Assembly: GCA_048938445.1 (NCBI GenBank)
Contig: JBHLME010000111.1
Span: 1 to 14,887, forward strand
Direction: 5' to 3'
Source of the DNA: Promethearchaeota archaeon
GTDB taxonomy: Archaea; Asgardarchaeota; Lokiarchaeia; Sigyniarchaeales; SOKP01
DNA length: 14,887 bases
This document shows, one piece after another, positions 1 through 8,540 of this stretch. The notes below the pieces were generated by a model. The model ran no database searches and had not been told where the DNA came from. It saw only the letters and a program-made list of their open reading frames with translations. The translations under genes and the position numbers were made by a program. How positions within the stretch are numbered: position 1 is the stretch's first letter; every line of letters starts with the position of its first letter.

Positions 1-1389
1 GATTTAAACTGGACAATATTAGAAATTATTTATCTAATAATCATTTTTGCTGTTGGTTTTGGAAGTACTTATTTAATCCTCCCCTATATAATTAAATTTA
101 TGAAAAAAAAGGGATATATTGGTTATGATATACATAAAAATGCAAGACCTGCCATAGCAGAATCTGGTGGGCTTAGTATTCTTATTGGATTTTCAATTTC
201 TTCAGTCTTTTTGATGATTTTTTTCCCTATCCTTTTTTATGAAATTTTAATTTTTTTATTAACTGTAGTTTCAGCGGGAATCATCGGCTTTATTGATGAT
301 AGATTGAAACTAAGGTCTCGTTATAAGATCTTATTGACAATATTAACAGGAGGAATTATATTTATAGCTAATTATTTTAATTTCATCAATATTCAAACAC
401 CAACAATTCCCTTTCTTGGTCAATTAAGAATCACATTTCTCTATCCGTTAGCGGTTCCATTAATCGTGGCGGTATTTGCTAATACGGTTAATATGCTAGA
501 AGGTTACAACGGGGAGGGTTCAGGTACTTGCCTTATTGCTACATTTTTTTTATTAGTATGTGGAATAATCTTCAATTCTGCTCAAGGAGTTATTTTTTCA
601 ATACCGGTAATTGCTGTGTTAATTCCTTTTTTCTTATTTAATAAATTTCCAGCAAAAATTTTTCCTGGAGATATTGGAACTTTAAGTATGGGTGCAATGA
701 TTGCTTGTATAATGCTATTTGGTTCACTTGAAGTTGCTGCTTTTAGTGCTCTTCTAATTCATATTTTCAATAGTTTTTATATGATTAGTTCTGTTCGAGG
801 TTTTTCTGAGAGTTCAGATATTCACAGTACTCGAGCAGATATAATATTACTCGAAGATGATAGAATTATGGCTTCAGATAAAAAAAATGCTGCCTTAACA
901 TTACCTCGATTGATTTTAGTGAAAGGACCATTGACTGAATCTGATTTAACAAAAAATTTTTTTGCTATTTCAATTATATGTGGTTTTTTTTCGATATGCA
1001 TGACACTGTTTATGCTCTTTACAAATGGTACACTTGATCTTAGTACTATTTTCTTATCATTATTAATATATTTTTTAATTATTAGTATACCTTCGGCTCT
1101 AATCCTCTATTATTTTCCCAGAATTAGGGGTGTCATTGCTTTGATGGTAATATTGCTTTCAGTAGGTTCAATTTTTTTGATGTTCATTGATTTTGCTATT
1201 CTACCCATTAATATTCCTGATATTGATTTGGGATTCATTAAAATACCATGGAACATAATTTTATCGTTTTTACTAGTCTTTCCAGGATTTGTCGTTTGGT
1301 ATTATGTAACAATTAAATATTTTTGGTATCAAGTTAAGAAAATGAAAAGATATGGTGTACAAAACAATATTGAAGGGAACTCTAATTGA
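1..1389 (+). CDS. aglH: UDP-GlcNAc:dolichol-phosphate GlcNAc-1-phosphate transferase (AglH/GPT, MraY/WecA superfamily), 5'-truncated by the window edge
   Basis: Frame 1 is open from base 1 (DLNWTILEIIYLIIIFAVGFGSTYLILPYIIKF, a TM helix) into the ORF at 100. Motifs: GYDIHK..AESGG, GFIDD, ANTVNMLEGYNG, FNKFPAKIFPGDIG. Polytopic, with a C-terminal hydrophobic extension. Confidence 0.85.
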   Translation, partial: DLNWTILEIIYLIIIFAVGFGSTYLILPYIIKFMKKKGYIGYDIHKNARPAIAESGGLSILIGFSISSVFLMIFFPILFYEILIFLLTVVSAGIIGFIDDRLKLRSRYKILLTILTGGIIFIANYFNFINIQTPTIPFLGQLRITFLYPLAVPLIVAVFANTVNMLEGYNGEGSGTCLIATFFLLVCGIIFNSAQGVIFSIPVIAVLIPFFLFNKFPAKIFPGDIGTLSMGAMIACIMLFGSLEVAAFSALLIHIFNSFYMISSVRGFSESSDIHSTRADIILLEDDRIMASDKKNAALTLPRLILVKGPLTESDLTKNFFAISIICGFFSICMTLFMLFTNGTLDLSTIFLSLLIYFLIISIPSALILYYFPRIRGVIALMVILLSVGSIFLMFIDFAILPINIPDIDLGFIKIPWNIILSFLLVFPGFVVWYYVTIKYFWYQVKKMKRYGVQNNIEGNSN

Positions 1390-3920
1390 AAACACGTAAC
1401 CGTTATCTTTTATTCTTTTCATATCTTATTAGTTCAGTAGGATTAATATTATTAATTTTATTGATAATACCTTATTGGACGCAAATTTTAACGGATTGGA
1501 GTTTTTGGCCAACATTTTTTTTATATTTAGTTTCAATTGAAGAAATATATCAGTGGGCAAAAAATAGTAAAAGGAGTGAAATGAGTGATATTATTGCGTT
1601 AGCATTTTTTTTTTTTCTGATTTTTTTCTTCACAAAAGATTTATTTACTGCCATAATGGGTGCCTTTTCAATTTATTTATGGGTTGGAGTATATGAGCTA
1701 AAAGAATATCCCATTCTAAATAAAATCTTAATTATCTCTCTAATAACCTATAATTTCATTTTTATTGCAGGTATTATTTCATTTTATTTAAGTAATCCCT
1801 TTTATATAAATACCGCATTTTCTTTTAGTTTCTGGGTAATATTGGGCTTAGGACTTTTAATCTTTGGAAGAAAATACATAGTAGTATGGAGGTTTATGAG
1901 TCCAGAGTATTTAACACTTTTTTTATACATTATATCATGGCTTGCTATATCCTTTATTGATCAATACACTCCAATTGATTTTATCTACGGCTCTCCTCTA
2001 ATCAATACTCCATTTAATTTACTTAATTTTTTATTAAATATTTATTTCATCCTCATAATAGTGAATTGGATTGTTTATTTTATTTCTGGTCCTGTTTTAG
2101 ATAAAATGTTAGGAATCAAAAAGGTTAGAGATGAAAATATCTTAAATTTGGTTGATCAAGTAAAAAATGATATGGGAATAAAGGGAAAAGTTAAAGTTGG
2201 ATTCGGAAATTATCCAATTTTAAACGCAATGGCATATGGGGCTTTTTTTGATAAAAGAATTGCGATTATTGCTGAAGATATTAACCAGATCCCTATTGAT
2301 GAGTTAAAAGGAATAGTAGCACATGAATTAGCTCATACAAAAGGAAAACATACTCTTATTCTAGCTTTCATTAGTATTTCGGATCTTATATTTCGGATGA
2401 TCCTAGGCATACCTGCAACGTATTATGATTATACATTTGGAAATCCACAAATGCCAATGATCTTCTTCATTTTACTGAACATTGGAATTTATTTTATCCT
2501 CTATATTTTTGTAAGGATATTAGAAGGGAAAGCCGATTTAAAATCTAAGAAAAATGGATATGGAGATCAGCTTGTAAAGGCTTTATATAATCTAGAAAGT
2601 TTTTATGCTACAGGGAGAGAAATTGGGCTTAACACAATGCTTCTATGTGATGAAAAAATAACTAAAGATCATAAAGTATTGGATTATATGAAAACTTCTG
2701 AATATTTATGCAATTCAATGATAAATCCATCAAGATTATCACTTTTAAGTAATTTTTTAAATTCACATCCTCCTACTTATCATCGAATAGCATCACTACT
2801 AAGTAATGATTTAAAACCCGGAAAAGAAGTCCTCCTACCATTCATTTGTATGAAAAAATCAAAACAAGAAAAATATGCTAAAAAGTTTGAAAATGCAAGA
2901 AATGAATATAAATCCATCGCCAACCAAAAATTTAAAGAGCTTTTTGAAATAAGGGCTATATATTCATTTCTTGATGATATCGATAGAAAATATTCCTTTA
3001 AATACCAGCAAAATAAAGATTTTATATTCAAAAATAAGATTACAGGTGAAATTCTATTTGGAAAATTAATAGATATGGAATTTTACGATGATATTTGTGA
3101 ACCTATTCAATATACTATAAAAAATTTAAAAACTGGTAAAGAAATAATCTTAAATTCCTCCCTTTATTCAAAAAAACCTGTGGAAATAAATGGAATTTAT
3201 TTTTTCCAAAAAAAAAATCCCCTGACCTTAAAATCTATTGAATTAAACAATGATCAAAAGGATGGAAATTTTATTTTTATTAATAATAAAAATCACGAAA
3301 TTATAAAACCTATAAAAAAAACTAAATTACCGGTTTCAATTAATTTTATTAATAACTTAAAAGATAAAGATGTATTCTTAAAAAGAAAGGGACAAATAAC
3401 AATTAATAATTGTATTAATGTAAAATCTTCCAGTAATTTAAAAGATTATATTTTAGAACTGTCTTATTCGTCAAACGATAGATCTCAGAAGAAAATAAGC
3501 TATAATTTAAGTGAATTAATCATCCATCCACGAAATATTAATATATTTATAAGCAAAAAGAATGATTATCGAAAATCTGAAATAGAAATTATCAAATGGT
3601 TATTGGAAAGGAATCTTAGGTGTGTAATATGGCTTAAAAAACCAGTTAATAATTACGAAATAGGTAACATTCATGATATTAGTGTTAAAACGGAAAAATC
3701 CGAACTTCTTGAGAAAAATAACGAAATTATTGATGTAGAGTCTTTAACTTTAAAAAATATTTTTGGTAAAATAATTAATATACCCTATAAAATAATTGAA
3801 CAATTATCATTTGAATATGATGGAGTGATAATTCAGAAGAAGTCTCAAACTTCTTATTTTAGTAAGTTAAGCTATAAATTAATAAAGAAATTTAGACCTG
3901 AAACAATTATAGTTACTTGA
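1386..3920 (+). CDS. Large membrane Zn-metalloprotease, peptidase M48 (HtpX/Ste24) family, with a multi-TM N-terminus and a long soluble C-terminal region
   Basis: NAMAYG, HELAH (HEXXH), EGKAD third ligand and SHPPTYHRI motifs. TTG start overlaps the aglH stop (TTGA). Confidence 0.88.
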   Translation: MKTRNRYLLFFSYLISSVGLILLILLIIPYWTQILTDWSFWPTFFLYLVSIEEIYQWAKNSKRSEMSDIIALAFFFFLIFFFTKDLFTAIMGAFSIYLWVGVYELKEYPILNKILIISLITYNFIFIAGIISFYLSNPFYINTAFSFSFWVILGLGLLIFGRKYIVVWRFMSPEYLTLFLYIISWLAISFIDQYTPIDFIYGSPLINTPFNLLNFLLNIYFILIIVNWIVYFISGPVLDKMLGIKKVRDENILNLVDQVKNDMGIKGKVKVGFGNYPILNAMAYGAFFDKRIAIIAEDINQIPIDELKGIVAHELAHTKGKHTLILAFISISDLIFRMILGIPATYYDYTFGNPQMPMIFFILLNIGIYFILYIFVRILEGKADLKSKKNGYGDQLVKALYNLESFYATGREIGLNTMLLCDEKITKDHKVLDYMKTSEYLCNSMINPSRLSLLSNFLNSHPPTYHRIASLLSNDLKPGKEVLLPFICMKKSKQEKYAKKFENARNEYKSIANQKFKELFEIRAIYSFLDDIDRKYSFKYQQNKDFIFKNKITGEILFGKLIDMEFYDDICEPIQYTIKNLKTGKEIILNSSLYSKKPVEINGIYFFQKKNPLTLKSIELNNDQKDGNFIFINNKNHEIIKPIKKTKLPVSINFINNLKDKDVFLKRKGQITINNCINVKSSSNLKDYILELSYSSNDRSQKKISYNLSELIIHPRNINIFISKKNDYRKSEIEIIKWLLERNLRCVIWLKKPVNNYEIGNIHDISVKTEKSELLEKNNEIIDVESLTLKNIFGKIINIPYKIIEQLSFEYDGVIIQKKSQTSYFSKLSYKLIKKFRPETIIVT

Positions 3921-4894
3921 TAAAATTTAATTTAAATGAGATTTTACAGTCTTATATCATGCCAAGCAAAATTAGGAGTTTATTAACTTTATTACGAGTT
4001 AGGCAATATTATAAAAATGGATTAATCTTTTTTGGATTGTTTTTTAGCGAAAAATTATTCACTATCGGTAACTACCTTCCATTCATTATTGGATTTATTG
4101 TATTATGCTGTGCTTCTTCAGTAAATTACATCATAAATGATATAAAAGACATTGCTGATGATAAAAAGCATCCCGAAAAATTAAAAAAGAAACCTCTCGC
4201 ATCGGGAGAAGTATCCATCACTTTCGCTCTTATCATTGTCATTGTTTTATCAATAGTTATAATTGTTTCTTGGTTTTTTATTCAAAATCTTTTATTCTTT
4301 GTAATGGTTCTAATGCTGTTAATAACTGGCCAGCTATATAATCATTTATTAAAGAAATATGCATTTGTTGATGTTATTATCCTCTCATTAGGATATTTGT
4401 GGCGGGCATTAGCAGGAAGTTATCTCATTCAAATACAACTTTCTCCTTGGTTATTCATTGCCATATTTGAAATAGCTATGTTTTTAAGCATCGCGAAGAG
4501 AAAAGGAGATCTGATGATTTTGGGAGAAAAAGAAAATGCTATCGAACATAAAAAAGTTTATAACGTGTATACTCAAAGATTATTAGACCAATTTTATATT
4601 ATGATTGGAGCATCCTTGTTTATAACCTATGCTATATATCTCATTTTTCACTTTAATTTAAATCCAGAAGCAGGGACACCATTTATTTTTTATGAATATT
4701 TATCTATGCTTTCAATTCCAGTATTTCTCTATATAATTATGAGATATATTTATTTAACAACAACTAAACCGGAAATAGCACGGAATCCAGAAAGAGCCAT
4801 TTTTGATAAAGGAATGATTTTAGCAGGATTAATTCTCGTCGCAATATTATCATATTCTTATTACTTTGGGGAAATAATTGCTTCTTTATTTTAA
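3917..4894 (+). CDS. UbiA-family prenyltransferase, decaprenyl-phosphate 5-phosphoribosyltransferase (DPPR synthase)-like subfamily
   Basis: LRVRQYYKN, YIINDIKDIADDKKHPEK..KPLASG, LKK...DV......LWRALAG, SPWL and AKRKGDL match the DPPR-synthase subfamily pattern. Start is either TTG 3917 (TTGA overlap) or ATG 3959. Confidence 0.85.
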   Translation: MIKFNLNEILQSYIMPSKIRSLLTLLRVRQYYKNGLIFFGLFFSEKLFTIGNYLPFIIGFIVLCCASSVNYIINDIKDIADDKKHPEKLKKKPLASGEVSITFALIIVIVLSIVIIVSWFFIQNLLFFVMVLMLLITGQLYNHLLKKYAFVDVIILSLGYLWRALAGSYLIQIQLSPWLFIAIFEIAMFLSIAKRKGDLMILGEKENAIEHKKVYNVYTQRLLDQFYIMIGASLFITYAIYLIFHFNLNPEAGTPFIFYEYLSMLSIPVFLYIIMRYIYLTTTKPEIARNPERAIFDKGMILAGLILVAILSYSYYFGEIIASLF

Positions 4895-4910
4895 ATTTTA
4901 AATATTTTAT

Positions 4911-4914
4911 AGGT
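4911..4914 (+). promoter_or_regulatory. Shine-Dalgarno-like AGGT upstream of the PHP gene
   Basis: AGGT lies 7 nt before TTG 4922. Confidence 0.4.
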
Positions 4915-4921
4915 AAAAAAC

Positions 4922-5617
4922 TTGTCATCCATTAAATTAGATTTGCACTTACATACGGTCTATTCAGGCGATTCTTTAATAAAACCGTCAGATTTAATTA
5001 ATATCTCTTTAAAAAAAGGATTAAATGGCTTTGCAATAACTGATCACGCTACGTTAAAAGCATATAACCTCATAAAAAAAATAGCTATAAATAAAAATTT
5101 AATTGTCATTCCAGGAATGGAGATTGAAACGCATATGGGAGAAGTCATTGCACTTTTCTTAAATGATGAGATTGATCTAAAAGACAATAACTTCTTCAAT
5201 GTTGTTGAACAAATAAAGGAACAAAATGGATTAGTCTTAATACCTCATCCTTTTGATTTTTTAAGACCTAACCATTTAAAACTTGATTTAATTTCTGATG
5301 AGATTATTAAAAAATACCTCGATGGTATAGAAATCATTAATTCAAGAATAATATTTAAAAATTGTGTGAAAAAAGCTAAAAAGTTTAATAAAACACACGA
5401 TCTTTTCGAAACGGGGGGTTCAGATGCTCATACACTAAAAGAAATTGGAAATGGTTATACATTAATTAATGATCCTACAGATTTATCTCTAGAAAGTATT
5501 TATGAATGCTTAAAATCAAGAAAATCGAAAAGTGGTGGGCAACTTTCTTCACCCTTAGTTCATGCTATCACCATACTTAATAAATTTCAAAAAGGATTAT
5601 ATTTTTTTAATAAATAA
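4922..5617 (+). CDS. PHP-family metal-dependent phosphoesterase
   Basis: DLHLHT, AITDH, GMEI, PHPF, IEIINSR and GGSDAH motifs. TTG start. Confidence 0.9.
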   Translation: MSSIKLDLHLHTVYSGDSLIKPSDLINISLKKGLNGFAITDHATLKAYNLIKKIAINKNLIVIPGMEIETHMGEVIALFLNDEIDLKDNNFFNVVEQIKEQNGLVLIPHPFDFLRPNHLKLDLISDEIIKKYLDGIEIINSRIIFKNCVKKAKKFNKTHDLFETGGSDAHTLKEIGNGYTLINDPTDLSLESIYECLKSRKSKSGGQLSSPLVHAITILNKFQKGLYFFNK

Positions 5618-6816
5618 TGACTTTAGAAAAACCTCAAATTTTTGTTATTAAGACTTCACCTGAAACAGTAGTCGAAGATTATGCAAAACTAATGCATATG
5701 GCAGAATATCAAGAATATTATTCAAAAGATCTTAAAACGATAATAAAACTCAATTTAAGTTGGTCAAAATTCTTTCCTGCTTGTTCCAGCCCTCCATGGC
5801 AAGTTGAGGGTGTGCTAAAAGCAATGAAGGAGGATGGTTATGATCCAAAAAAGATTTTTACAGCAGAAAATCGTACAGTGGTTACAAATATTGCGAAAGG
5901 CCTTAAAGGCAATCGATGGGGCCCAATTATTAAGAAGTATGGTGCTTGGTTCGTGCCTTTAACCCGAGTCAAATTCGTACCATATGAATCATTGCGTTCA
6001 AAGTTCTTGACTTTAAAAAATACAAAATTACACGTCTTAGATTCAAAGATCTTTCCAAAAGGATTTAACATTCCGAAATTTTATTTAGGAAAGAATATAA
6101 TTCATACACCTACAATGAAGACACATGGACATACTGGAGCAATGGGGGGCAGTTTAAAAGAAACAGAAGAGGAGATGAAAAACGGAGGTATAACTTGTAG
6201 TATGAAGAACGCCTTCGGAGGATTATTAACTAAAAGAAGACACTTTAGTCATCAATTCATGTCAGAAGTATTAGTAGATTTACTAATAGTTCAAAAACAA
6301 ATCCACCCTAATATAATGTCCATTGTAGATGGAACAGTATGTGGAGATGGAGCTGGACCACGAATAATGATTCCACGAATTAAGAATTATTTACTCGCGG
6401 GGTATGATCAAGTTGCTGTAGATGCCGTTGTAGCAAAAATGTTAGGATTCGAACCTTTGAAATTGCCTGCAATTAAATTAGCCCATGATGAAGGATTAGG
6501 ATGTGGCGATTTTGACCAAATTGAAATTGTCGGAGAGGATGTTTCAAATATAAATTGGAATTTTCAAGTCAAACGAAGTCTTGTAATTTGGGGAGATCAA
6601 ATGGTTAGGAAAGGTGTTCTATCATTTTTAAATCCTCTAATGCACAATAAACTATTTTTTGCTTTACCAATATTAGGATCTTTAATATATCATGATATGT
6701 TTTGGTATCCATTTATAGGAAAACAACGCGTGAATAACTATCTCAAAACTGAATGGGGTAAGATATTTAAAAGTTATCCTATAAGTAAACCAAAGGATTT
6801 AAATAAATTTTCTTAA
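5617..6816 (+). CDS. DUF362-family protein (putative metal/Fe-S enzyme)
   Basis: IKLNLSW, PTMKTHGHT, TCSMKNAFGG, IVDGTVCGDGAGP and DQVAVDAV motifs. TAATG overlap with the PHP gene. Confidence 0.8.
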   Translation: MTLEKPQIFVIKTSPETVVEDYAKLMHMAEYQEYYSKDLKTIIKLNLSWSKFFPACSSPPWQVEGVLKAMKEDGYDPKKIFTAENRTVVTNIAKGLKGNRWGPIIKKYGAWFVPLTRVKFVPYESLRSKFLTLKNTKLHVLDSKIFPKGFNIPKFYLGKNIIHTPTMKTHGHTGAMGGSLKETEEEMKNGGITCSMKNAFGGLLTKRRHFSHQFMSEVLVDLLIVQKQIHPNIMSIVDGTVCGDGAGPRIMIPRIKNYLLAGYDQVAVDAVVAKMLGFEPLKLPAIKLAHDEGLGCGDFDQIEIVGEDVSNINWNFQVKRSLVIWGDQMVRKGVLSFLNPLMHNKLFFALPILGSLIYHDMFWYPFIGKQRVNNYLKTEWGKIFKSYPISKPKDLNKFS

Positions 6817-7595
6817 TTTAAAAGAAGATCTAATTCTTTTAAATAATCAATATCTTGTGCACTTTTATAATTTTTAAAAATAATGAAAAACTCAACTGAT
6901 CTACCTTTACCTAATAAGGGGGATTTAATTATTCCATGAGGATAAATTTCATTCTGTTTACACCAATCAATCAAATCTAATAAAATCCTTTTAAGATTCT
7001 CTGGATCTTGAATTATTTTAAATTTGCTTATATGATGAAACTCCATTTCAAAAAGAGGTTTTACAAGAGATATAATTATCCCATTTGATTTTATAAAAGA
7101 CTTTGCGTTCGGTAAAATGGATTTTAGAGACGCAAATGTTATATCTGTTGTTACAATATCAACTTTATCTTCAATGCTAATTGGTTGACGCACATCGACT
7201 CCCAAAAGAGGAATGACCTTTTTTTTCTTTTTTTCACATGTCAAAGAAGGGTGGAGTAGATCTTTTGCTGTATCAATAGCATATACTTTTTGAGCACCGT
7301 GTTTTAAAAGACAATCTGTAAAACCTCCTATAGATGCTCCCATATCAACACAAATTTTATTCTTTATTGAAATTGAAAATTGTCTTATAGCATGTTCTAA
7401 TTTAAGACCTCCTCTCCCAACATAAGGAAATTCTTTTGTTAATGTTATTTTAGAGGTATTCTCAACTCTTTTTCCTGGTTTAAATACTTTTATATCATTA
7501 ACGAGAACAAATCCATTTCTTATTAACCATTGTGCTTTTGTCCTACTATCAGTTAAGCGCCTTTCTACGAGCAATAAATCGATTCTTTCTTTCAT
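6813..7595 (-). CDS. tlyA: TlyA-family rRNA cytidine 2'-O-methyltransferase (S4 + FtsJ-like domains)
   Basis: N-terminal S4 domain (RIDLLLVER...SRTKAQWLI..G.V.VN), YVGRGGLKL, DMGASIGGFTDCLL, DITFASL, VKPLFE and SPLLG...EF. K-D-K-E tetrad present. Its stop overlaps the DUF362 stop (TTAA). Confidence 0.9.
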   Translation of the reverse strand: MKERIDLLLVERRLTDSRTKAQWLIRNGFVLVNDIKVFKPGKRVENTSKITLTKEFPYVGRGGLKLEHAIRQFSISIKNKICVDMGASIGGFTDCLLKHGAQKVYAIDTAKDLLHPSLTCEKKKKKVIPLLGVDVRQPISIEDKVDIVTTDITFASLKSILPNAKSFIKSNGIIISLVKPLFEMEFHHISKFKIIQDPENLKRILLDLIDWCKQNEIYPHGIIKSPLLGKGRSVEFFIIFKNYKSAQDIDYLKELDLLLN

Positions 7596-7629
7596 AGAAT
7601 GATTTACTTAAATAACTATTTTTTTATTA

Positions 7630-8526
7630 TTATTCAAATTTATCTATCCTTAATTTTATTAATTTTTCATAAGTTTCTGTTAATGATAATTCTCCGTTTA
7701 ATATTTTTAGGATTAAATCTTTTAATACATCTAAAGAAATATCATTATTATTATGAAAATGGTTATTGTAGTGAATTAATCTAATTTTTTTATTTTTGAT
7801 ATCTGTAAACACTTTTACATAATTCTCTTTATTTATTTCAATGCCATCTCTTAATGCCAAGATTAAAGCAGAAACCTCATGTTTTGGAATTTTTTTTTCC
7901 TTGCTATAGATTCTTATCTTAGAAGTTTTAGATTCATCTATTAAAAAAACATGGGTGTTAATAAATTCTTTAAATTGGCCAAATAAATTGCTCACTACCT
8001 CTAAAGCGGTCTCTAGAACTCCCATTCCAATTTTAAAAACCAAGTCAATTTGAGATATTTGGTTTTTTTGTAAATAAGTTTCATATTCCCTAATTTTTTT
8101 TAATAAATTCTCAATATCATAGAATGTATGGGAGTTTAAGTAATAATTATCTAAAAATATAACCAAACCAATGTTTTTAGTTCCAGGATCAATTGAAAAA
8201 ATTAATTCTGAGTAATTATCTTCATATCCAATTCGGTACGCAGCTAATAATCTTGTTATGTATTTTTCAAACTTCTCATTTTTATCATAAGAAAGTATTT
8301 TAACAATATTTTCATTTGGATTTTTAATTTTTTCAAGTTCTTCAGAAGTAGTTAGGATTAAACATGGGATGTTTGGGATTTTATTTCCAAAATTTAAAAT
8401 TTTTACTTTAATCCCAAATCGATTCAATTCTTTATTTAATTTATAAAAGAACTTGGAATTTTCACTAAATAAGAAAATACTTAACTTGTTATAATGCAAT
8501 TTATTAATAATAATATAAATACACAT
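7630..8526 (-). CDS. YqgF/RuvX-like RNase H-fold protein with N- and C-terminal extensions (archaeal type)
   Basis: IFSIDPGTKNIGLV, FKIGMG, LIDESKTS and HEVSALILALR motifs; C-terminal ILNGELSLTE helix. The true start may be TTG at 8499. Confidence 0.7.
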   Translation of the reverse strand: MCIYIIINKLHYNKLSIFLFSENSKFFYKLNKELNRFGIKVKILNFGNKIPNIPCLILTTSEELEKIKNPNENIVKILSYDKNEKFEKYITRLLAAYRIGYEDNYSELIFSIDPGTKNIGLVIFLDNYYLNSHTFYDIENLLKKIREYETYLQKNQISQIDLVFKIGMGVLETALEVVSNLFGQFKEFINTHVFLIDESKTSKIRIYSKEKKIPKHEVSALILALRDGIEINKENYVKVFTDIKNKKIRLIHYNNHFHNNNDISLDVLKDLILKILNGELSLTETYEKLIKLRIDKFE

Positions 8527-8540
8527 TAAAAGTTTTAATC

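Noticed and set aside
100-102. ATG 100 as the aglH start
   Set aside because: The frame is open to base 1 and encodes the expected first TM helix, so the true start lies upstream of the window.
1605-1627. Long T homopolymers (and A runs elsewhere) as phase-variation or frameshift sites
   Set aside because: They encode Phe-rich TM or Lys-rich segments in intact frames and are expected at this AT content.
2780-3031. 83-aa - strand ORF
   Set aside because: Entirely antisense to the M48 gene with no motif; a shadow ORF.
5838-6071. 77-aa - strand ORF
   Set aside because: Antisense inside the conserved DUF362 gene.
6813-7595. TlyA as a haemolysin or virulence factor
   Set aside because: This is a legacy annotation; the sequence supports only the S4 + methyltransferase function.
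7599-7784. 61-aa hydrophobic + strand ORF
   Set aside because: Mostly antisense to the YqgF-like gene; its hydrophobicity is a by-product of T-rich sequence.
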